DNA of 64,000 nucleotides from positions 264,331 through 328,330 of the forward strand of contig MFGJ01000007.1 in NCBI GenBank assembly GCA_001778235.1, read 5' to 3'. Origin of the DNA: Candidatus Falkowbacteria bacterium RIFOXYC2_FULL_36_12 (GTDB lineage: Bacteria; Patescibacteriota; Patescibacteriia; UBA11705). The notes below the pieces were generated by a model. That model was not told where the DNA came from, did not search any database, and saw only the letters and a program-made list of their open reading frames with translations. The number at the start of each line of letters is the position of its first letter. Position 1 is the first letter of the stretch. This document shows positions 8,992-19,127 of the stretch, piece by piece. Made by a program: the position numbers and the translations under genes.

Positions 8992-9417
8992 TTAATAAAT
9001 CTGATTTAATATTTTTTGTTCAAGCGTCTCCATCATCTCTGCTTCAGCTTTTTTTAGGTGGTCATAGCCGAATAAATGAAGCAACCCATGTAGATATAAT
9101 GTAATAAATTCTTGCTGAACTGAATGTTTTTTTTCTTTTGCTTGTTTTTTGGCCTGAACAAGGCAAATCAAAATTTCTCCTATAAAAATCGCTTTATTAA
9201 TTTTGTCATTGTCTTCAAATGACAAAACATCGGTGACATAATCCTTTTTCCGATATATTCGATTGAATTGTCTTATTTTAGCCGGGGAAACAATAGCAAG
9301 AGAAAGGTTGAAATTTCCTTTCAATGATAATTTCTTCTGGACAATTTTATTAATTTTTTCAACTAGCTTTTTGGGATAAACAAAAACAACTTGTTTATTC
9401 AACTCAACAATAATCAT
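8992..9417 (-). CDS. ybeY: rRNA maturation endoribonuclease YbeY
   Basis: The HGLLHLFGYDH motif is H..H....H. 141 aa. Confidence 0.85.
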   Translation of the reverse strand: MIIVELNKQVVFVYPKKLVEKINKIVQKKLSLKGNFNLSLAIVSPAKIRQFNRIYRKKDYVTDVLSFEDNDKINKAIFIGEILICLVQAKKQAKEKKHSVQQEFITLYLHGLLHLFGYDHLKKAEAEMMETLEQKILNQIY

Positions 9418-9420
9418 ATA

Positions 9421-10368
9421 TTATTCAGTAAAAATAAAGCTCTGGGCAATCAAGGCAAAAAGATTTGGATAGCTGGCTTTCTGTTTCAAACCAATGTTGT
9501 AGGAAACCACATAAACCTGGTTTGCTTTGGAAAAATAGTAACGAAATCCGTCTGGACTGATAATACCTTTTACACCTTGCTTATTGTCGAAATCAACCAA
9601 TTGTGCAATATCGGCCTCTGAATCCTGCGACAAATACCATTGTTTTAGATCCTGTAAAGACTCATTTTGCACCACAAGAATATTAACAAATTCTCCGGTT
9701 GGTGAAGTAAAAACAACTTCACGATTATCACGCTCTACTGCCCGAGCAAACCAAGCTTTTGGATAAAAAACATCATAATCATAATTTGGATTAACAAAGG
9801 TTGCTACCAGGTCAGAAAATTCCAATTTTTCACCAACCTCAAGCGGAGTGTATAAATTTAATAATTCATCACCATCGAGATAACTATCAGCATCAGTGTC
9901 TGGTTTATTCATATCTGTATTGATTAGCAATTCTTCAGCGTCGGTAAGACCATCTGCGTCAGCATCTGCATCATGAATATCAGCTAATTTTATCATGACC
10001 GGAACAATTGGAATGATTGGGACAACTGGCTCATCTGGCTGTTCAACTATAGGAATATCAACAATTGGTTTAGGATTTTCGACAACTGGAACCTCAATAA
10101 TTGTTGAGTTAGATGTAGTGTCAGCATAATTCAAATAAACCAAATAGGATAATAAGCAAATTATTATAAGCAAGCTAAAAACAACCACGACAGTCATTGC
10201 CTTATTGCGTTTTTTGGGAAAAGGTTTCCCTGGTTTTGTTACAATTTTTTCTACAATTCGGGTTTCTATCTTTGTCTGTTTTTCCTCGGGGTTAACGCCA
10301 TAAAACTCTAGTGGCATAACATGAATTGTGTCAGGACTATTTTGTTTTTCTGTCTTAGTTTGAACCAT
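9421..10368 (-). CDS. single-pass membrane protein with an Asp-rich Ca-binding-like segment
   Basis: A TM segment (VVVVFSLLIIICLLSYLVYL) followed by a Pro-rich stretch. DADADADGLTDAEELLINTDMNKPDTDADSYLDGDE resembles TSP3-like repeats. Confidence 0.45.
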   Translation of the reverse strand: MVQTKTEKQNSPDTIHVMPLEFYGVNPEEKQTKIETRIVEKIVTKPGKPFPKKRNKAMTVVVVFSLLIIICLLSYLVYLNYADTTSNSTIIEVPVVENPKPIVDIPIVEQPDEPVVPIIPIVPVMIKLADIHDADADADGLTDAEELLINTDMNKPDTDADSYLDGDELLNLYTPLEVGEKLEFSDLVATFVNPNYDYDVFYPKAWFARAVERDNREVVFTSPTGEFVNILVVQNESLQDLKQWYLSQDSEADIAQLVDFDNKQGVKGIISPDGFRYYFSKANQVYVVSYNIGLKQKASYPNLFALIAQSFIFTE

Positions 10369-10374
10369 AACTAT

Positions 10375-10986
10375 TTATAAATTTAATAACTTACCTGGTC
10401 CATTTGGATTGTAGCCATTTTTTACTTCTTCACCATCGGGATAAGTATCACCGTCAGTATCAACTTTTAGCGGATTGGTCTCGTAAAGCTGTATTTCCTG
10501 ATAATCGGACAAACCATCATCATCAGTATCTGCTTTCAGAGGATTAGTGTTAAATAAAGTTTCTTCATTGTCCTTCAGACCATCTCCATCTGTGTCAAGG
10601 TCTACATCAACTTGGGTATCGTCTGTAGCAGGAATGGTCACGGATAAATCAGAATCTGTTGGTGTGGTTGCTTCAATGTCAGAATTGTTTGCAGTATTTG
10701 TATCATCAATGGGATCAGAGTTATCAGAAACAAATAAACCAGTACCAAAAACAGAAAAAGCCCCGGCTGCGACTACAAGAAATAGAAAAATTAAGACCAC
10801 AATCAAAATAATTTTGCTACTACTCTTTTTGGTTATAGGTGCCTGATAGTCAAACTGCTGTTCAGGTTGTGCCAGTGGCTCTGCACCAACAACTGGTTGT
10901 AAATTCTCGGACTGTGGTTTCACCTCCTCATTATTAGTGACTGGAGCTTGCTGCAAATTTTGCTCGGATTTTGGATCATCAAACAT
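10375..10986 (-). CDS. single-pass membrane protein with three thrombospondin-type-3-like Ca-binding repeats
   Basis: A TM segment (IILIVVLIFLFLVVAAGAF). The repeats DTDGDGLKDNEE / DTDDDGLSDYQE / DTDGDTYPDGEE follow the DxDxDGxxDxxE pattern. Confidence 0.5.
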   Translation of the reverse strand: MFDDPKSEQNLQQAPVTNNEEVKPQSENLQPVVGAEPLAQPEQQFDYQAPITKKSSSKIILIVVLIFLFLVVAAGAFSVFGTGLFVSDNSDPIDDTNTANNSDIEATTPTDSDLSVTIPATDDTQVDVDLDTDGDGLKDNEETLFNTNPLKADTDDDGLSDYQEIQLYETNPLKVDTDGDTYPDGEEVKNGYNPNGPGKLLNL

Positions 10987-10989
10987 ATA

Positions 10990-11062
10990 TTAAGCGAGAT
11001 AAGCGAGAACAGCGAGGTCAGCGAGTAAAGCGAGTACAGCGAGGTCAGCGAGTAAAGTAATA
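10990..11062. repeat. 9-bp tandem array (NNNAGCGAG, 8 units)
   Basis: Units taagcgag ataagcgag aacagcgag gtcagcgag taaagcgag tacagcgag gtcagcgag. The array begins about 4 nt upstream of the 10986 start codon. Confidence 0.85.
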
Positions 11063-11117
11063 CTTTCTTCTGAACTTGCTGTCTTCGGTACTTGCTGTCT
11101 TCTGTTCTGGCTATTTA

Positions 11118-14100
11118 TTAAAATGAAATATTTATATCTGGGTTGTTACTAAATGAATCATAATAACCTTTCAATATTCCTTCTAGTTTATAATCTAACT
11201 GGGCTGAATTGAAAGAATTAAAGGTATACCAATAAACATAGTCTCGGCCAGAGAAAGGATGGGAACTTCTAAATGAATTTGATTGGTATTCTTGAGTTTC
11301 AGAATTAAAACAAGTTTTTGGATCGGTTCCAGTACGACAAAGAGAACAAATTGATTGATTATTTACTGTGAAACAAGAATCTGAACTGGTAAAACATTTT
11401 CTTCCATTATTGGTGTTATCACAGCTAACACCATTATATTCAGGCAATGAACTTGGCTCATAACTAGCAAATGAATTTACTGGGTCAACAGAAAGTGCCC
11501 GACCTAATACATTGGCAAATTCAGCCTGCCAACTAGGCCAAGGACTATAAACATTGCTTCGCAAATAAGTCCCTGATTCAAGTTTTGGCAAAGTTGAATG
11601 TTGAGTATAGTAACTGGATAACAATTGTCGAATTGAAACTATATCATTGACGCGTTTAATATCTCTTTTTATAGCCCAGAGTTCATCAGAAGTCGAGACA
11701 TTGGTGTTTAAACTAATATTATCAACTAATTGAGAAAATATATTGATGGTATTTGGACTGGCTTGTTGATTGTAGCCGAGTACATATATATTGTTGAAAA
11801 GTCTGCGATTGATTGTTCCTTGAGTTTCAACAGAAGCTTTATTACCACCAGAAATATAAATTGTATTACCATCCTGAACTCCATAATAACATATTTCAGT
11901 TTGATAGAGAGGATCTGTGGCACAATCAACTTTTATTTCAGTAACCACGGTTTTGGCATTTGGAACATTAGTCAAATACCAGTCCCTGGCTGATAAATTT
12001 CCAGGATTAGAATACACACGAAGAGAAATAGCATCGCTTGAAAAATCATTGGTGATATCTGCTTGGCGCAACAAGAAATATTGATGTAATAAATTTTGTT
12101 CATTTGCAGCTTGACCAGCTGGAATAACGCTAATAGCAGGAAGATCATCATCCAGGACATTTGACTGTCCGGCATCTCGGCAATATGGCATTTGGAGGTT
12201 GTCAAAAGGAAAATCAAGTGTCTGTGGATTTTCACAAAGAAAAGTTGTAACTATTCCAGAACCTTCAATAGTTCGACCTGATTCACCATAAAATTGATCC
12301 CGAGCAATATGAGCTTTGGCAGTAATGGTGGCTGTGCCATTTTGGGTACCGGCTGAAGCTTCAAACTCATCTGGGGCAGGATTAGTGATACTGACAATAT
12401 TTAAGCCACCATCATCTATGCGCCAATTGTCCCAAGTCCAAGAATAATCTGCTGTTGAGAAAAGAATATTTGAGCCTGCTTTGGCGAAACGATGAACTGA
12501 CCAAGTTTCATTTACTGTTGTGGCATATTTTTCCGCAGGATCAACACCAACAGAATCAAAATGACAAATATCAGTACTGACATCAAAGGTGAACTCCTGT
12601 TTAGGGATGCTCATCCTACAATTATTTTTCAAGTCTTTTAAGATTATCTTATACCTAGTTGATTTTAATATTTCATTTGGTTGAATAAATATACTTGTTT
12701 GTGTCTTGTCTGAAATTGGTCTGATGGTTATTTGATATTGTCCTTTATCAAGCTTGCACCAATCTAAGGCACTGGCTGAAGAAATAAATATTTTTCTAAA
12801 CCAATCCTTTATTTGACCAATAAATGACAATGATCCTGTAGTACAGTTTTCAGCTTGATATTCGATCTCAACATGTGAAGATGCGGTAGAAGTGCCTGTC
12901 AACAAATCATCAAGTAAAAGATCATAACTGACAAAGATGGCACTGTTACGGCAAACTGGATTAGCTAAATCAGGGCTGACCATAGTAGCTCTAGGTGGAT
13001 TGTTCGGATCGCAACCAGGAGGTGTTGGACCGGCCTGCCCTGAATAAATGTATTTTAATTCACCAGAATCCTGCAAACTAATGCCGGTAGCTCCAGCTGT
13101 TTTTTCTTCAGCAGTAACATTTTCAGTTAAGGTTGCCCTGACCATGGCAGTTTCTTCACTCGTAGCAATGCTCAAATAACCCAAAACAGTAATTAGAGAT
13201 TTTGGACTGCCAAAACTGGCACCAGAATCATCACCTTCGCATTGATAATCTTCACCTGGATCAACTGAACCATCATTGCAGGATGTACCAGCAATAATGG
13301 CTGAACCATTGTTCAGACATTCAGAGGTACACCAGCTTGGGGCAATGCAACTACAACCAGCTGAACCATAACTGCAAGATTTTCCAGCATCTTGACAAAT
13401 ATACTCACATTCTTCCTCGTAGCCATCATATGTTTCACCCAAACCATTGCCACAACAATTTCTGGTTGTTGACTGATCGCAAGCTGGAAAACCTGACAAT
13501 AAACAAGTATTACTACAAATAGCATCACTGTATTGCTCGCAAGAACATCGGGAATCTCGAGTAGGATTACAAGTACTACCATTTGAATCAAGACAATTGA
13601 CTGAAATTGGCTCACATTCTTCACCAGATTCAATAGTACCATTACCACAAATAGCAACGCGATCTGATGATTTTATATTGCTACCACTATATAAACATTT
13701 ATTATTTAATCCAAATTTTTGGTTTAATTGACCAAAATCATCATCCTCACCAAGTTCTTTCAAACTATTACCACAGGTGAATCCACTAGCGGTCGAACCT
13801 TCATTTAGACAAACTGCACTGCAACCATCACCTGAAGCATTGTTACCATCGTCACAATCTTCTGAAAAATTGATTGTGCCATTGCCACAACAAATTGCAC
13901 CTGAATCCAAAACTGAATCGCCAAAACAAGCTGTGGTGCCGGAATATAAACATATATCAGTACAGCCATCATTATTATTTACATTACCATCATCACATTC
14001 CTCACCAACTTCAACCAATGAGTTGCCACAAACAGCTTGATACGGCTCTGAACCGAGATTCAAGCAATTTTCGGTACAACCTGGATTTATTTGTTGTAAA

Positions 14101-17100
14101 TATATTGATTCAAATATAGATATTAATTTCCTGTGGGCCGGATTGTTGGCATCATAACTAACTGAAGAATTCAAATTTATGGCTTTGGTTGGATTTGAAA
14201 ATTCATCCCAACGCCAATTATAATCATAGGGATTTAAACGCTGACCAGCTGCGCTACAAATGTCTGGGGCTCCATAGGATGAAGCACTATAAACGATTTC
14301 ATCGCCTGCTCGCACGGAGGTATATTGACCTGGATTTACATCCACTCGATCAGGGCGACAATAAGCCTCTCCATCACGAACTTTGAAAACAAAACTATAG
14401 GCATCAAAAGCTGTAATCTGGTCAGTTGATTCAGTCTGGGTAACACAGCTTGAACAGCCTGAAGGAAAACTACAAATACAATCTGGATCACCGGCAGTAC
14501 AGGTGCTTCGTTTGGAGATACTGCATTCAGTCTGACAAATCTGGCGTTCAGATGGACAGCTATAATTCGGGATACTGGTAATCGGAGAACAAGTACAAGC
14601 TGAAATATTACCAGTACAAACTTGAGCTGGATTTTCTGCACAATGAGCGACTTTTATACAATTTCCTTTGACTGGATCAGGACTGAAACATTGTTCAGTT
14701 GGCATTTTTTCAAAAGTACCAACTTCCAAACAATTACATCCAACCGAAGAAGTGGTACAAGCTAAACCGATTGAGCCATCGGCCAATTGACAAGCTTTTT
14801 GTGCTTGGCAAGTACAAGCAGGAGCATCAGCGGAACAGAACTTTGTAGTATCTTGAGTACAGACTTTTGGTTCAATACAAGTGCAATTTAAAGAATCTTG
14901 GGTACATGTCTGACTAATATTTTCCTTGCAATATGACGCGCAAACAGGAGAGTCACAGGTCTTTGGGTCAGAACAAGAACAAGCAGTACTTATAATATCA
15001 TCGGTCGTGGTATCTAAATATTGATTACAAGTAGACAGAGCCTGACTACCGGTAAAAATCACTCTATCAACCTTCGAACAATTGGTTGCTTCGCATTGTT
15101 CAGATAAACTAAGTGTCGGGTAAGTTTCGAGTACTCCATTGCCACAACAAGCACCAAATTCAGAGTTATCACAATCCGGGAAACCTACTAAACGACAATC
15201 ATTTGAACAAACTGGGTTGTTGCCGAGTGAACAAACACAACCATCTGCACCAAAATCACATGAATTACCAGCTGTATTTTTACAAATTGCTTCGCATTGT
15301 TCTCCAGCATCTGCCTCAAGTACACCATTGCCACAAGTGCCGATTTCAGCTTGAGTATTGAAATTTAAACCAGTTAAATTCTTATTGCTAATGCTCAAAA
15401 TATTATCTTTTATAACCAAACGATAGTAAACTGATGGTTCAAGTGCAGTATTAGGGGAAACGGTTAAACGGTTACAGACATTAGTGCCAGCAATCGTTGT
15501 TTCTCCGGTTGTACTGTCACAAAGTATTTCAGGCGAAGCAGAATTATTTGACAGAAGATTGTCCTGACCAACTACAGAAAGACAGTTTTGATCATTACAA
15601 CGATATAAACTTATATTTGTATTGTTATTAAATAAAGACTCTTTTTTTATAAAAGTATTAAATTCAGCACCAAGTTCAGCGTTGCGACAAGCCTGATCAC
15701 AATTTGGCCAGAAATCAATTACCTTTGGGTCAAGAAGCTGAACTGATAAATTGGCTGAATCTGAAACTGTGTTACTGGAAAGGACAGCAGAAGCGGTGAT
15801 ATCAACTGGGTCATTGGCTGGGGTTTCAGGGTTTGTAACTCCAGACAATAAACCGAATAATGCTTCGTCACCATTTAATCCAGCAGAAGAAAGTCTCTCA
15901 ATAAGTCCCAGATATTTTGACTCTATTGACCAACTCCAATCGTATAATGAAACATTGATTATAGAACAATTCTGACCTTGACCATTAACAACATATTTTT
16001 GCGTATCCGCAATTGAATCAAGAACTCCATCTGAAGGATTTACCACAACAGAATTAATAGAACAGTCTTGTGATCCAGTATGAAAACGCCAAACATAATC
16101 ATTGCTCATCTGCTGAACCTCTCCATTTAGAGGAGAACTGCTAAGACCGGCTGGCACTTTTACCTGATACCAAAAGTCAGCACCAAGAGTTCCATAATTT
16201 TTTAGAGAAACTTCAGTGATTTCTTCGCCTTCAAAATTACTATTTGATAATTCATAAATATCTGGTTCACCTTCAACAACTCCTCGGACACTAAAACTGT
16301 AGGTGGAAGATTCACAACGATCAGCTTCGCAGGTATCAAGATTGCATTGGACTCCTGGTAAAATACATTTTCTAACCTCAATTTGATTACCCTCTTCGAG
16401 AAACGAACTTGGAGCCATTTCCATATTAAAAGAAAAAGCAATAACAGAATTTGGACAAGCACTGCCACTGTTTTTGGTTGGTGAAGGAGATTCATTGTAT
16501 TCTCCAGCTGAACAAGTTCTTTCAATAATTTTCGGCACTCGAGGAATTCTACCAGTGCTAAAGTACCAACCATATTCACAAGAAGTAACCTCGGCCTGAC
16601 ATTCAGAAGTAAGAGAACAATAATTGTCATTACAACAAACCTGACCAGCACCACAACTTCCAGCACTGCAACGCCCAACAGTAAATTGGGCTGGATTACT
16701 GTCCGCACCATTGCGAGAAACATAAACATTGCCTGTCTTGGCTAGAGCCGGGACAACCACTCCCTCAATTGATGCGTCGGTCCATTCAACATCGGTTAAA
16801 GCAAAACCTTCAACAATTTCATAAACACCATCTGATTTAAAGAATTTTATTTGTGCAGGACTGTTGCCAAAGCCAGTACCGACAATATTTATCTTTGTGC
16901 CGGGAGATCCATTGTTGGGACTAAGCGAACAAATTCCAGGAGAAACAGGTAAATCATTATTGACTACAAAATCTTTGGAATCCACACCTTTGACACCTGA
17001 AACTTGTAACACAAATGAACCATTGTCTAATTGTTCTGGAATTTTTATTTTTAGTTGATTATCTGACCAGAAATTTTGACAAACGCTGTCAGCTAAAAAG

Positions 17101-19127
17101 CTATCTGTACCTGACAAAAAGTTGACTGTTCCTGAACTGCCAAAATTTTTGCCTTCAATGGTAATTAATTGTCCGGAAGGTGCTGGGTTTTGGGAAATTG
17201 AAATTATTTCTAGGGCATCGGCTGATTTTTCAACCCTAAAATTGACAGGGTTACTGTATAAGCCAGGGAAGTTGTCCCTGCCAACTTGGACAGGAACATT
17301 GCCTGGAGCTAAATTTGGAATACGAATACCAGTAATAGTGGTGTTAGTTCGAGAAACTTCTGAAGTTGTAAATTGGTTGAAATAAACTTCACCAGTTGAA
17401 CCAAAGTTTTCGCCAACTGCATTGGCTAGAGAAGTAACTTCACCTGAAGGTAAATTTGATTGCTGATTGACAACAGAACATAAACCAATCCAATTGCTAT
17501 TATCAGCATTAATACTATAATTCCCTTTCCACCCCGGAGACTCAAGGTCTGAAGTGTTATTATAATTTCCATTTTTATCGGTTAAGATAATCGGACCATT
17601 GCCATTTTCAGGTACACGAACCACAACCTGTGTATCAAGCCATGAGCCTGTACGGCCACAAGCCAACTGTGCCTCCTGACCATTAAAAGTAATTTGGCTC
17701 TGATCACTAAATGATCTGAAATTTTTTCCTCGGAGAGTAACAAAAGAACCAACTGGACCAGAAGCTGGCAGGACACTTTCAATCACGGGATAAGGCCAAA
17801 GCTGACAAGATGTTTCACAAGTTGTAACTCCATTTAATTCAGTACAATTTATACCTTCTTGACAAACATAATCACAGCCCTCTGGATTAGTACATGCTGG
17901 ACACTGGTCAACTTCACAATCAGGCAAGGTGCAATCAAAATCATTAGCATCATTAAAGCAACTAGATGAAGCGACCAAAAATCGTTTAGTTGTTTGGCCA
18001 GAGTTGTCACTAAGATCAAGAGCAGAAAAAGTCGAAGTATGCCAACCGAGTTCGAAACCGGTGGTTTGAGAATTTATAATAGATAAATATTCAGACTGAC
18101 TATCTCCAGAAAGTGAAAATAGCTGGCAACTATCTGCTAAATCTGTTTGCTTGGTCGGGCATAGTTCAACACTTTGCAAGCCACCAACATCATTGGCGCT
18201 GACATCAGCGGCAATATCAAAATTTTGCTGTACAGGACTTGGCGACAGAGAATTAATAGAAACCTCTGGATTGTCAGTGTCACAGAAGCTACTGGTAGTA
18301 AATGCTGAACTCTGACAATAACCCTCAAGCTGTGAGGCACAATTTATTGTCTCACCTGTCTGATCTTGGAGATTTAAAACCTTTACAATATATGATGATC
18401 CTGAATCAAAACAATTTGGTTTGTTACAGCCTTCTGGGCAAACTGTATCTGGGGTAAAGGTTATAATACGGTTTAAAACTGAAATTTGACCGGCTACTGC
18501 CTGCTCTTCCCCATCAACAAGTTTGTAAACCTTTATATTGTCTTTGGCGTTTTGATAATCATTGTCTGATAACGGAACCCGACCAAATGGATAGGTGACT
18601 TTTACCAGTGAAGTAATTGGACGATCATTTCCTCGGGGAGAAATACTGACTGAAAAAACCACACCAGTTCCTCCACTTCCGCCGGCATTGTCAATCGGAG
18701 TAGACTGCTGACCTGAACCAGTAGCCTCTGATAATCTATTTATAATAAAACTTGTTAGGGCAAAGGCTGATAAAATAATTGCTAGACCAATAACACCATT
18801 AATAATCCACTGTTTGGCTTTGTCAACACCAGCTTCACTACCACCAGAGATCATGTAAAGAAATCCGCCATATAAAATTACGGCAATAGTTACTACGCCT
18901 AAAAAGCCTAGAAATATTCTAATTACGCGACCAACAATTATCCGAGGATCTTCAGCTCCCAGTACGGTGGCTTCACCAACCAACTGTGTACCTTCAACAA
19001 TGCTATTTTGGGCATGGGCAATAACGGGAAAAACAAAAAAGATTGCAACTACCATAAACATTAGCGCAACTAACAAACCTGAAAGTGTTTTTTGTTTTAT
19101 CATTTTATTTTTATTTAATATGGGCAA
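11118..19127 (-). CDS. giant (2669-aa) Cys-rich secreted/surface protein with a pilin-like N-terminal anchor, IPT/TIG domains and Myxococcus-type Cys-rich repeats
   Basis: Single 8-kb ORF. The N-terminus has a signal/TM segment, then GRVIRIFLGFLGVVTIAVILYGGFLYMISGGSEAGVDKAKQWIINGVIGLAIILSAFALTSFIINRL, a two-helix hairpin like VirB2/TrbC pilins. There are multiple IPT/TIG-like modules (PVIESVLPASGPVGSFVTLRGKNF, ISISQNPAPSGQLITIEGKNFG, CSLSPNNGSPGTKINIVGTGFG). Many CGNG..E.GE.CDDGN repeats of the TIGR02232 type are present. Confidence 0.8.
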   Translation of the reverse strand: MPILNKNKMIKQKTLSGLLVALMFMVVAIFFVFPVIAHAQNSIVEGTQLVGEATVLGAEDPRIIVGRVIRIFLGFLGVVTIAVILYGGFLYMISGGSEAGVDKAKQWIINGVIGLAIILSAFALTSFIINRLSEATGSGQQSTPIDNAGGSGGTGVVFSVSISPRGNDRPITSLVKVTYPFGRVPLSDNDYQNAKDNIKVYKLVDGEEQAVAGQISVLNRIITFTPDTVCPEGCNKPNCFDSGSSYIVKVLNLQDQTGETINCASQLEGYCQSSAFTTSSFCDTDNPEVSINSLSPSPVQQNFDIAADVSANDVGGLQSVELCPTKQTDLADSCQLFSLSGDSQSEYLSIINSQTTGFELGWHTSTFSALDLSDNSGQTTKRFLVASSSCFNDANDFDCTLPDCEVDQCPACTNPEGCDYVCQEGINCTELNGVTTCETSCQLWPYPVIESVLPASGPVGSFVTLRGKNFRSFSDQSQITFNGQEAQLACGRTGSWLDTQVVVRVPENGNGPIILTDKNGNYNNTSDLESPGWKGNYSINADNSNWIGLCSVVNQQSNLPSGEVTSLANAVGENFGSTGEVYFNQFTTSEVSRTNTTITGIRIPNLAPGNVPVQVGRDNFPGLYSNPVNFRVEKSADALEIISISQNPAPSGQLITIEGKNFGSSGTVNFLSGTDSFLADSVCQNFWSDNQLKIKIPEQLDNGSFVLQVSGVKGVDSKDFVVNNDLPVSPGICSLSPNNGSPGTKINIVGTGFGNSPAQIKFFKSDGVYEIVEGFALTDVEWTDASIEGVVVPALAKTGNVYVSRNGADSNPAQFTVGRCSAGSCGAGQVCCNDNYCSLTSECQAEVTSCEYGWYFSTGRIPRVPKIIERTCSAGEYNESPSPTKNSGSACPNSVIAFSFNMEMAPSSFLEEGNQIEVRKCILPGVQCNLDTCEADRCESSTYSFSVRGVVEGEPDIYELSNSNFEGEEITEVSLKNYGTLGADFWYQVKVPAGLSSSPLNGEVQQMSNDYVWRFHTGSQDCSINSVVVNPSDGVLDSIADTQKYVVNGQGQNCSIINVSLYDWSWSIESKYLGLIERLSSAGLNGDEALFGLLSGVTNPETPANDPVDITASAVLSSNTVSDSANLSVQLLDPKVIDFWPNCDQACRNAELGAEFNTFIKKESLFNNNTNISLYRCNDQNCLSVVGQDNLLSNNSASPEILCDSTTGETTIAGTNVCNRLTVSPNTALEPSVYYRLVIKDNILSISNKNLTGLNFNTQAEIGTCGNGVLEADAGEQCEAICKNTAGNSCDFGADGCVCSLGNNPVCSNDCRLVGFPDCDNSEFGACCGNGVLETYPTLSLSEQCEATNCSKVDRVIFTGSQALSTCNQYLDTTTDDIISTACSCSDPKTCDSPVCASYCKENISQTCTQDSLNCTCIEPKVCTQDTTKFCSADAPACTCQAQKACQLADGSIGLACTTSSVGCNCLEVGTFEKMPTEQCFSPDPVKGNCIKVAHCAENPAQVCTGNISACTCSPITSIPNYSCPSERQICQTECSISKRSTCTAGDPDCICSFPSGCSSCVTQTESTDQITAFDAYSFVFKVRDGEAYCRPDRVDVNPGQYTSVRAGDEIVYSASSYGAPDICSAAGQRLNPYDYNWRWDEFSNPTKAINLNSSVSYDANNPAHRKLISIFESIYLQQINPGCTENCLNLGSEPYQAVCGNSLVEVGEECDDGNVNNNDGCTDICLYSGTTACFGDSVLDSGAICCGNGTINFSEDCDDGNNASGDGCSAVCLNEGSTASGFTCGNSLKELGEDDDFGQLNQKFGLNNKCLYSGSNIKSSDRVAICGNGTIESGEECEPISVNCLDSNGSTCNPTRDSRCSCEQYSDAICSNTCLLSGFPACDQSTTRNCCGNGLGETYDGYEEECEYICQDAGKSCSYGSAGCSCIAPSWCTSECLNNGSAIIAGTSCNDGSVDPGEDYQCEGDDSGASFGSPKSLITVLGYLSIATSEETAMVRATLTENVTAEEKTAGATGISLQDSGELKYIYSGQAGPTPPGCDPNNPPRATMVSPDLANPVCRNSAIFVSYDLLLDDLLTGTSTASSHVEIEYQAENCTTGSLSFIGQIKDWFRKIFISSASALDWCKLDKGQYQITIRPISDKTQTSIFIQPNEILKSTRYKIILKDLKNNCRMSIPKQEFTFDVSTDICHFDSVGVDPAEKYATTVNETWSVHRFAKAGSNILFSTADYSWTWDNWRIDDGGLNIVSITNPAPDEFEASAGTQNGTATITAKAHIARDQFYGESGRTIEGSGIVTTFLCENPQTLDFPFDNLQMPYCRDAGQSNVLDDDLPAISVIPAGQAANEQNLLHQYFLLRQADITNDFSSDAISLRVYSNPGNLSARDWYLTNVPNAKTVVTEIKVDCATDPLYQTEICYYGVQDGNTIYISGGNKASVETQGTINRRLFNNIYVLGYNQQASPNTINIFSQLVDNISLNTNVSTSDELWAIKRDIKRVNDIVSIRQLLSSYYTQHSTLPKLESGTYLRSNVYSPWPSWQAEFANVLGRALSVDPVNSFASYEPSSLPEYNGVSCDNTNNGRKCFTSSDSCFTVNNQSICSLCRTGTDPKTCFNSETQEYQSNSFRSSHPFSGRDYVYWYTFNSFNSAQLDYKLEGILKGYYDSFSNNPDINISF

